From positions 1 to 6,544 of the forward strand of contig JBAWWV010000209.1 in the NCBI GenBank assembly GCA_037146575.1: 6,544 nucleotides of DNA, in the 5' to 3' direction. Under the pieces are notes generated by a model. That model was not told the DNA's origin and searched no databases. It saw only the letters and a program-made list of their open reading frames with translations. This DNA is from Alcaligenaceae bacterium (GTDB taxonomy: Bacteria; Pseudomonadota; Gammaproteobacteria; Burkholderiales; Burkholderiaceae_B). The translations under genes were made by a program, and so were the position numbers. Each line of letters opens with the position of its first letter. The first letter of the stretch is position 1. This document shows, in pieces, positions 1-5,183 of this stretch.

Positions 1-1170
1 GTATTGGATACCGCTGTTCGAGTTGCTGGAGTCGCGCGGCTTCACCGTCTATCGGGTCAATGCCCGACATGTGAAGAACGTGTCCGGGCGCAAGAGCGAT
101 ATGCTCGACTGCCAGTGGTTGCAGCAGTTGATGAGCTACGGCTTGTTGTCCGGTGCCTTTCGGCCCAAGGACGAGATCTGCGCCCTGCGCGTGGTATCGC
201 GCCAGCGTGACAGGCTGCTTTCCTACCAGGCGCGTCACGTACAGCACATGCAGAAGGCGCTGGCGCAGATGAACGTGCAACTGGCCAACGTTATCTCGGA
301 CATTGTCGGCGACACGGGTCAGAAGATCGTGCGCGCCATCATTGCCGGCGAACGCGACGGGCGTGTGCTGGCAAAAATGAAGAATGTCCGTATCCGCGCT
401 TCCGAGGCCGAGATTGAGAAATCCCTGCGCGGCAATTGGCGCCCAGAGCATCTGTTTACCCTGAACCAGGCCATGGCCTTGTTCGATGCCTATGGAGAAC
501 AATTGGCCGCCTGCGACCGGCAGCTCGAAACCATGCTGGCCGCACTGCAACAGGATGACGTTGGCGAGCCGGGAAAGGCCAAGCGTTCCTCGCGCGCGAA
601 GAACGCACCGAAGTTCGATGTCCGCGCCTATCTGTTCGGGATGTGCGGGGTCGATCTGACGCGCATCAACGGCATCGACACAACGACGGCACTGAAGGTC
701 ATTTCCGAGGTGGGCACCGACATGTCCCGCTTCAAGACCGCGAAGCATTTCGCCAGTTGGCTAGGGCTGTGTCCAGGAACCAAAATTTCCGGCGGCAAGG
801 TGCTCTCGGGTGCCAGCAAGCGCACCGCCAACCGCGCCGCACAGGCATTGCGATTGGCGGCAGCCGCACTGCGCAGCAGCCAATCGTCTCTCGGTGCCTA
901 TTTCCGTCGCCTCTCCGCACGTCGGGATCGCGCCAAAGCGATCACCGCAACGGCCCACAAGCTGGCACGCCTGATCTACACCCTACTGACCAGGGGAACC
1001 GAATACACCGATCAGGGTCAGGATTACTACGAGGAGCGCTATCGCCAGCGCGTCATGCACCACCTTACCAAACGTGCCGAAAAACTTGGCTTCCAGCTCA
1101 CTCCAATTCCACAGGTCGCTTGAAAAACCACTACTTTTCAGCTACTTGGGGTGTGTTTCTTGAGAGAGCC
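1..1170 (+). mobile_element. IS110-family insertion sequence, 3' portion (left part off-window, right boundary approximate)
   Basis: Contains the transposase ORF listed next. The segment is visibly GC-rich compared with the AT-rich segment starting ~1172. IS110-family elements lack classical terminal inverted repeats, so the right end cannot be fixed from the sequence. It must lie between the stop codon (1121-1123) and roughly 1170-1185. Confidence 0.7.
2..1123 (+). CDS. IS110-family transposase, 5' end truncated by the window edge
   Basis: The frame is open from nt 2 (YWIPLFELLESRGF...), so the Met listed at 23 is internal. The block YWIPLFELLE..GF.V..VNARHVKNV.GRKSD..D..WLQQL is the conserved central part of the DEDD (RuvC-like) domain of IS110-family transposases (PF01548). 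FKTAKHFASWLGLCPG...SGGK......N...R.AL..AA.....LG.YFRRL......KAITATAHKLARLIYTLL matches the Transposase_20 C-terminal domain (PF02371). Stop is TGA at 1121-1123. Roughly 90 N-terminal residues are expected off-window. Confidence 0.9.
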   Translation, partial: YWIPLFELLESRGFTVYRVNARHVKNVSGRKSDMLDCQWLQQLMSYGLLSGAFRPKDEICALRVVSRQRDRLLSYQARHVQHMQKALAQMNVQLANVISDIVGDTGQKIVRAIIAGERDGRVLAKMKNVRIRASEAEIEKSLRGNWRPEHLFTLNQAMALFDAYGEQLAACDRQLETMLAALQQDDVGEPGKAKRSSRAKNAPKFDVRAYLFGMCGVDLTRINGIDTTTALKVISEVGTDMSRFKTAKHFASWLGLCPGTKISGGKVLSGASKRTANRAAQALRLAAAALRSSQSSLGAYFRRLSARRDRAKAITATAHKLARLIYTLLTRGTEYTDQGQDYYEERYRQRVMHHLTKRAEKLGFQLTPIPQVA

Positions 1171-1184
1171 ATTACAGAATGGCT
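1167..1184. terminator. Perfect 7-bp hairpin (AGCCATT-ACAG-AATGGCT) between convergent genes; possible weak bidirectional terminator or IS110 end structure
   Basis: AGCCATT (1167-1173) pairs with AATGGCT (1178-1184) around loop ACAG. It sits in the 48-nt gap between the IS110 transposase stop and the stop codon of the minus-strand orphan ORF, which it overlaps. There is no U-tract on either strand, so this is not a canonical intrinsic terminator. Confidence 0.25.
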
Positions 1185-1612
1185 GGAATCGAGTATTTAA
1201 GTTCTACGATTTTCTTGAACACACCATTCTCCTCAAACAAATAATCATCTACAAGAAATACTTTGTTATCCTCGAATAGAAGCGAGTAATCAACATTTGG
1301 ACTGAATAAGACCACTCTACAAGCACTGCAAACTGCTGCGCACCCGAATGCAGATGATAGTGCTGCCGCTGTATGTTCAGTAAACAGTTGCTCTAACCCC
1401 GTCTTTTCCTGATGGACAGATAAGCCGAAACAAAACTCACCTTGATTGTCATCGTTGAATTCTTGGTATTGATAAATCAAAGGTTCATTCTTTACGCTTC
1501 CCCAGTCATTAACCCCCTCATAGATGAGTGAGAAAGGTTTTATCTGGGAATGGTTTTTCAAAAACGAATCCAATTCTGGAAATGGCAAACGCTTATTGAT
1601 GAGAATATCCAT
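1172..1612 (-). CDS. Hypothetical protein, 146 aa, no recognisable family
   Basis: Long ORF in an AT-rich island whose composition differs from both flanks. I prefer the ATG at 1612 (MDILINKRLPFPELD...) over the track start at 1717. The upstream 35 codons lie in GC-richer sequence that includes a stable hairpin, and they read as Pro/Ala/Gly-rich filler. No clear Shine-Dalgarno precedes 1612, so the start is uncertain. The product looks acidic and soluble, with no TM segment or signal peptide. It contains Cys91-x3-Cys95-x2-Cys98. Confidence 0.55.
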   Translation of the reverse strand: MDILINKRLPFPELDSFLKNHSQIKPFSLIYEGVNDWGSVKNEPLIYQYQEFNDDNQGEFCFGLSVHQEKTGLEQLFTEHTAAALSSAFGCAAVCSACRVVLFSPNVDYSLLFEDNKVFLVDDYLFEENGVFKKIVELKYSIPAIL

Positions 1613-1636
1613 CGATATGGCTAACGTTTGACATAA

Positions 1637-1658
1637 GGGGCTTGCGGTAGCAAGTCCC
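1637..1658. other. 9-bp stem-loop GGGGCTTGC-GGTA-GCAAGTCCC
   Basis: GGGGCTTGC (1637-1645) pairs with GCAAGTCCC (1650-1658). One G:T pair is a G:U wobble in a plus-strand RNA and a C/A mismatch in a minus-strand RNA. It lies 25 nt upstream of the preferred start of the orphan ORF on the minus strand. No flanking U-tract. Function unknown. Confidence 0.3.
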
Positions 1659-1800
1659 GCTTGATGGATGGGTTGGACGAAGCCGCTACGCGCAGGAATG
1701 GACTGATGCGGGGCCACGAATTATGCTGCATTTTCATTCTCTCAATCCCGAGGAAATGATTGTGCGATATTTCGTGAGGATAATCCAGCATGAGCCTTGT

Positions 1801-1820
1801 CCAATGAGGTATGAGCCTGA
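1801..1820 (+). repeat. IRL, outer copy, of the rve-type IS
   Basis: CCAATGAGGTATGAGCCTGA. It is repeated directly 35 nt inward as CCAGTGAGGTAAGAGCCTGAAGG (1836-1858). The 17-nt core of that inner copy, AGGTAAGAGCCTGAAGG (1842-1858), matches the reverse complement of 3403-3419 at 16 of 17 positions. A partial third copy ATGAGCCTTG lies at 1790-1799. Confidence 0.75.
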
Positions 1821-1914
1821 GTGAGGGACGTGATTCCAGTGAGGTAAGAGCCTGAAGGTACGAATCTGGGGTCAAAGTTGAAGAGGGTTGATCATTGCCA
1901 GGATGGTGATCAAC

Positions 1915-3174
1915 ATGAACGAAGCACGACTGTGTACTATTGAGCAGATTGAGCAATTTCTCGGCGGCAGTGTGCAAGTCGAGTTTTCAGGAACGGGGGA
2001 CGACGGCGAACGTTATGCGCATATCAGTCGAGTGCTCAAGCGCTTGGACTACCCACAGCGCAACAAACGGGAACGAGGCGTGCTGCTGAGGTACCTGAGG
2101 CACACCAGCGGATATAGCCGAGCGCAGGTGACCCGTCTGGTGACCCGGTGGGGTCGCAACCGTTTGGCCGAAACGCCCCTGTCCAAGCGGTATTGTGCGC
2201 CGGTGGCACCTTTTGCGCGCAAGTACACGTCTGGCGATATCGAACGACTCGTCGAGATGGACAAAGCCCATGAGGACGTCTGCGGGCCGGCCATTGCACA
2301 CCTCCTACGGCGAGCCTACCGCGACTACGACGATCCGCGCTATGAACGACTGGCTACCTTGTCCGTCTCGCACCTGTATAACCTACGCAAGAGCGCAGGT
2401 TATCTGGATCAGCGCAAGAACGTTACCAAGACTCGCCCGGTCTGCAATGCCATCGGCGTGCGCAAGGCCCCGGGCCCCGAGGGACGCGCCGGCTTTGTGC
2501 GCATTGATACTGTCCATCAAGGCGATCAAGATGGGGTCAAAGGCGTGTATCACATCACCTGCGTGGATACCGTGAGCCAGTGGCAGGTCGAAGCCTGCGT
2601 ACAAGGGATCAGCGAGGTCTTCTTGTTGCCGGTACTGGCGCTGATCATGGCGCAGTTTCCGTTTGTGATTCTCGGCTTTCATTCCGACAATGGCTCCGAA
2701 TTCATCAACAAAAAGGTTGCTGCGTTGCTTGAGAAACTGCGCATCGAACAAACCAAGTCACGTTCGCGCCACAGCAACGACAACGCCCTGGCCGAAAGCA
2801 AGAATGCCAGCGTGGTACGCAAGCACATGGGTTACGCTCATATTCCGCAGCAGTATGCCCAACCCATCAATGCGTTCTATCAGGAGGTATTCAATCCCTG
2901 GCTCAACCTGCACCGTCCGTGCCTGTTTGCGACCGAGGTCGTCAGCCCCAAGGGCAAGATCGTCAAGCGCTATCCGTATGAGAATGTAAAAACGCCGCTG
3001 GAGTGCTTGGAGCAGCTGTGCGCAAAGAAACTTGTCGTACTCAAACCGGACATTACGTTAGCAGCGTTACAGGCACAGGCGCATTCGCAGACCGACCTGG
3101 CGGCAGCTCAAACCATGCAACAAGCCAAGCGAATACTCTTCACCCGCTTTGTAAAACCCAAGCGCCGGGCCTGA
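1915..3174 (+). CDS. DDE-type transposase/integrase (rve, retroviral-integrase fold) with N-terminal HTH
   Basis: Catalytic triad seen in the translation: D in FVRIDTVHQGD, D in GFHSDNGSEF, and E in NDNALAESKN, 36 residues after the second D (DD35E-type spacing, PF00665). An HTH-like segment LRYLRHTSGYSRAQVTRLVTRW lies near the N-terminus. The ATG at 1915 (MNEARLCTIEQIEQFL) is preferred because an SD-like GGTGA (1905-1909) sits 5 nt upstream. Alternative starts are ATG 1903 and TTG 1888. Stop is TGA at 3172-3174. A precise IS family (ISNCY/IS481-like) cannot be assigned without a search. Confidence 0.9.
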   Translation: MNEARLCTIEQIEQFLGGSVQVEFSGTGDDGERYAHISRVLKRLDYPQRNKRERGVLLRYLRHTSGYSRAQVTRLVTRWGRNRLAETPLSKRYCAPVAPFARKYTSGDIERLVEMDKAHEDVCGPAIAHLLRRAYRDYDDPRYERLATLSVSHLYNLRKSAGYLDQRKNVTKTRPVCNAIGVRKAPGPEGRAGFVRIDTVHQGDQDGVKGVYHITCVDTVSQWQVEACVQGISEVFLLPVLALIMAQFPFVILGFHSDNGSEFINKKVAALLEKLRIEQTKSRSRHSNDNALAESKNASVVRKHMGYAHIPQQYAQPINAFYQEVFNPWLNLHRPCLFATEVVSPKGKIVKRYPYENVKTPLECLEQLCAKKLVVLKPDITLAALQAQAHSQTDLAAAQTMQQAKRILFTRFVKPKRRA

Positions 3175-3267
3175 CCCCCGTCGGCAGAGGGACTGCCGCG
3201 CTCCGCTTGCCAGACAGACGAATTGCTACGCAATCCGACCGCCCGGAGCCCTGCGGGCAGCAAACCG

Positions 3268-3288
3268 AAAAACCGGCATATTTATGCC
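3268..3288 (-). terminator. Marginal intrinsic-terminator-like hairpin, read on the minus strand
   Basis: The palindrome GGCATA-TT-TATGCC (3275-3288) is effectively a 5-bp stem with a 4-nt loop. On the minus strand it is followed by GG and then TTTTT (plus-strand A-run 3268-3272). It lies inside the IS right arm, where it could block read-through from the phage operon into the IS. The stem is short and AT-rich, so the call is weak. Confidence 0.25.
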
Positions 3289-3360
3289 CAAAATACAGGC
3301 CAAAAATAAATTCACCCAGCCCCTTCGCCGCCAACATCCCTATTCCATTACACTTGCTTC

Positions 3361-3402
3361 TCAACCCGTCAACCCACTTCACAAACTCACCTGCTTCAAC
3401 CC
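3361..3402. repeat. Three copies of TCAACCC in the right subterminal arm of the IS
   Basis: TCAACCC occurs at 3361-3367, 3369-3375 and 3396-3402. Its complement GGGTTGA occurs once in the left arm at 1885-1891, and GTTGAAG occurs at 1877-1883. The left arm is G-rich and the right arm is C-rich, so both arms are G-rich when read inward. This fits inverted arrays of subterminal transposase-binding sites. Confidence 0.5.
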
Positions 3403-3406
3403 CCTT

Positions 3407-3426
3407 CAGGCTCATACCTGAATTGG
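3407..3426 (-). repeat. IRR of the rve-type IS
   Basis: The reverse complement of 3407-3426 is CCAATTCAGGTATGAGCCTGA. It matches IRL with one indel/mismatch near the tip. Confidence 0.75.
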
Positions 3427-3933
3427 AAAATACTTCAACCGATCATCTGTAACCGAAAAACCGTCCGGAAAAACAAAATAGCTGCGCCGCAACAACGGCC
3501 AAAACCATCGAGCATAAACGAACGAAACCAACTCAACATAACGCAAATTATACCGATACAACAAACAAAAATGATTTAAAACATATAATTCACGAACACC
3601 AGGAACACGAACCGAATCACGACGAAGTTGATACAAATCAGGTAAGCGTAAATTACCCTCAATCTCAGCCTTAATACGCTTCAAAATCAAAACATCCGTA
3701 TCAGCCAAAAACGAAACCACCTCATGAAGATCAGCCCAGGCAGATCGACGCCACCTAAATTCAGTGGCAATCCGACGCTCAGGCAAAATCTCATCATCAA
3801 TCAATGACTGTGCATCTTGCATTACCCGAGCATGCTCAAGATAAGGTGAATCATCCTCAAAAGACTCAATCACCTTGCGACGCATCCAATCCAAGTGAAC
3901 CTGAACCTCCAACGAAAAAGGGCGACCGCTCAT
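3412..3933 (-). CDS. ParE/RelE-fold toxin-like protein with an N-terminal RHH (ParD-like) extension, 173 aa; 3' end lies in the IS inverted repeat
   Basis: The ATG at 3933-3931 overlaps the secretin stop TGA (3932-3930) as ATGA. Residues ~59-145 (nt ~3499-3759) read FRWRRSAWADLHEVVSFLAD...PGVRELYVLNHFCLLYRYNLRYVELVSFVYAR. This parallels the ParE pattern y.ls..A..DL..I..Y........G.r......h...Yr......v.i..v.H. I compared it from memory with Caulobacter ParE1 (YRLSRRAKADLDDIWTYSEQ...GYRRCASGSHVVFYRVGVRVEIIRVLHQ). Residues ~5-48 (PFSLEVQ / VHLDWMRRKVIESF / EDDSP / YLEHARVMQDAQSLIDDE) fit a beta-helix-turn-helix RHH layout like ParD/CopG. Confidence that this is a real CDS is high. Confidence in the function is moderate. 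Confidence 0.65.
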   Translation of the reverse strand: MSGRPFSLEVQVHLDWMRRKVIESFEDDSPYLEHARVMQDAQSLIDDEILPERRIATEFRWRRSAWADLHEVVSFLADTDVLILKRIKAEIEGNLRLPDLYQLRRDSVRVPGVRELYVLNHFCLLYRYNLRYVELVSFVYARWFWPLLRRSYFVFPDGFSVTDDRLKYFPIQV

Positions 3934-5183
3934 ATCCGCTGCGCCTGCAAAATCAGCAAAACTTCGCTTTTGCTCTTTTGATGACCCCCAGGCCTCAACC
4001 ACTCAGGCAAAAATGCGGGGCCAATCTTGTCATCGGTATTTTGATCCTGATCCAGGCCACCCAACACCAAAACCTCATCGGCATGCACACCCACAGAGGT
4101 CGACAACTGCCGTTTGATCAAGGTCGGAGAAGTGTTCACCCCGTTTGTCGTCGGGATGAAGTTGGAAATCTGAGAATCAATCTGCAACTCCGCTACATCC
4201 TCACGAATCTGAGGTTTCAAATCAAGAATCACCCCGCTCGGCCGGTATTCAATCGACTGGACTGACTTACCCGTCGAGTCATACTGAATCGCACCAAGCA
4301 CCGGGGTTTCGTTGCCTACAGTCAATCGAGCACTCGAACCCGACTTGACGCGTAAGGTCGGGGTACTCACCACCTTAAACCGGCTATCCGTGCTCAGAAC
4401 ATCAAAAACAACCTGCAAAGATGCCGACTTGAACACCGCGGAATAATCACCGGCAGCAACATTGCTACCGATATTCACGCCAAGTTTGCCACCCAAAAGC
4501 GAAGCAGCAAGACCCAAAGCCGAACGATCATTGCTCGATGTCGACACTTCAAAAATCACCGCTTTTACCAGCAATTCAGCAGCACCTGAATCAATCTGAG
4601 GCAGCAAAGACAACAGCCGTTTGATGTCCTTCTGAGAACCCTTGAACACCAAAACATCAGGCGACTTGTCCATCATCGAATAAACCGAAGTACCCGAATC
4701 AATCGGAGGCTGCTGCGATTGAATGCCCTGCATGCCTTGCTGCTGCTGAATCTGCTGAGGTTGAGCGGATCCGAGTCCACGTTGCAGAGTAAACGAACCA
4801 CCCTTGAACAAAGGGGAAAGAAGATCCACAAGATAAGTCACCGCACGATAATGAGGCTTATAAATGAACTCACCATCCTCAACAGCTTTAAGCTTGTCGA
4901 TCCAGACAACCGAACCCCGCTTGTCTGACGAATAACCACTATGGCGCAAGAGCTCACGCACCTCAGAAACCACAGCCTCACGCGACATATTGCGCAAAGA
5001 CAGGGAAACCTGATCCCGAGCCTGTACCGCATCACGAGTAAAAATCACCTGGTCATGAGCAATCTCACCAAAAACAACCCGGGCCAGTTGCATCAGATCC
5101 ACATCAGTGAACACCACCGAAACATTACCCTCACTGGCAAAAACGCAGGAAGAAAACAAAAACAAAAGGAAAAAACGCCTCAT
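3930..5183 (-). CDS. Filamentous-phage pIV-type outer-membrane secretin (GspD/PulD superfamily), 417 aa
   Basis: Signal peptide MRRFFLLFLFSSCVFA|SEG. The C-terminal secretin domain has characteristic blocks: VKAVIFEVS, FKVVSTPTLRVKSGSSARLTVGNETPV, IEYRPSGVILDLKPQI and VHADEVLVLGGL (PF00263). An SD-like AGGTGG lies 6 nt upstream of ATG 5183. The start overlaps the Zot stop as ATGA (5183-5180). Confidence 0.92.
   Translation of the reverse strand: MRRFFLLFLFSSCVFASEGNVSVVFTDVDLMQLARVVFGEIAHDQVIFTRDAVQARDQVSLSLRNMSREAVVSEVRELLRHSGYSSDKRGSVVWIDKLKAVEDGEFIYKPHYRAVTYLVDLLSPLFKGGSFTLQRGLGSAQPQQIQQQQGMQGIQSQQPPIDSGTSVYSMMDKSPDVLVFKGSQKDIKRLLSLLPQIDSGAAELLVKAVIFEVSTSSNDRSALGLAASLLGGKLGVNIGSNVAAGDYSAVFKSASLQVVFDVLSTDSRFKVVSTPTLRVKSGSSARLTVGNETPVLGAIQYDSTGKSVQSIEYRPSGVILDLKPQIREDVAELQIDSQISNFIPTTNGVNTSPTLIKRQLSTSVGVHADEVLVLGGLDQDQNTDDKIGPAFLPEWLRPGGHQKSKSEVLLILQAQRI

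Larger units (their letters stand above)
1798..3429 (+). mobile_element. Insertion sequence with an rve-type DDE transposase, bounded by imperfect inverted repeats (about 1.6 kb)
   Basis: The left end TGTCCAATG-AGGTATGAGCCTGA (1798-1820) matches the reverse complement of the right end (3407-3429: TTTCCAATTCAGGTATGAGCCTGA), with a perfect 14-nt core AGGTATGAGCCTGA (1807-1820 vs 3407-3420). A single intact transposase gene lies between them. A second copy of the terminal repeat at 1836-1858 makes the left terminus ambiguous (1798/1801 vs 1836). Confidence 0.75.

Noticed and set aside
643-1200. 185-aa plus-strand ORF, plus the minus-strand ORFs 628..831, 732..920 and 761..958, all overlapping the IS110 transposase gene
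   Set aside because: They are alternative-frame or antisense ORFs inside a well-supported GC-rich gene. Their translations are Arg/Gly/His/Pro-rich, as expected for off-frame reading of GC-rich DNA, with no motifs.
1319-1342. Reading the CX3CX2C motif of the orphan protein as a radical-SAM enzyme signature
   Set aside because: The protein is far too small (146 aa), the motif is not near the N-terminus, and none of the other radical-SAM motifs (for example the Gly-rich SAM-binding block) are visible. It is kept only as a possible metal-binding cluster.
1613-1717. N-terminal 35-codon extension of the orphan ORF (track start at 1717)
   Set aside because: The extension lies in compositionally different sequence, runs through the 1637-1658 hairpin and reads as Pro/Ala/Gly/Gln filler. 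The internal ATG at 1612 coincides with the start of the AT-rich body. Not excluded, just less likely.
1621-1977. 118-aa minus-strand ORF crossing the IS left end. Its distal part (1621-1800) would be in frame with the ParE-like ORF if 3427 were joined directly to 1800.
   Set aside because: The ORF runs antisense through the transposase start and the IS terminal repeats and has no motifs. The in-frame continuation is intriguing, but a 60-codon open stretch is not very improbable by chance. The composition of 1621-1800 does not match the phage skew, and no TSD supports simple insertion.
1987-2989. Set of antisense or off-frame ORFs inside the rve transposase gene (1987..2301, 2036..2299, 2049..2294, 2195..2575, 2383..2751, 2690..2989)
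   Set aside because: All are nested in a gene with an intact DDE triad. They have Arg/Ala/Pro-rich compositions typical of shadow ORFs in GC-rich coding sequence.
3003-3452. 149-aa plus-strand ORF and 91-aa minus-strand ORF (3140..3415) covering the IS right arm
   Set aside because: They overlap the transposase 3' end and the repeat-rich non-coding arm. The sequence is low-complexity (Pro/Thr/Ser or Gly-rich), with no start context and no motifs.
3574-3594. dif-like half-site: the reverse complement reads CGTGAATTATATGTTTTAAAT, resembling the XerD arm TTATGTTAAAT of dif, a common inovirus integration site
   Set aside because: Only one arm is loosely similar, with a 2-nt insertion. There is no XerC arm at the proper 6-nt spacer, and it lies inside the ParE-like coding sequence. 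Most likely chance in A/T-rich sequence.
3934-4002. Upstream extension of the ParE-like ORF (track start at 4002), overlapping the secretin gene by 72 nt
   Set aside because: The ATG at 3933 forms an ATGA overlap with the secretin stop, mirroring the zot/secretin junction. The extension would be an out-of-frame overlap with the conserved secretin C-terminus.
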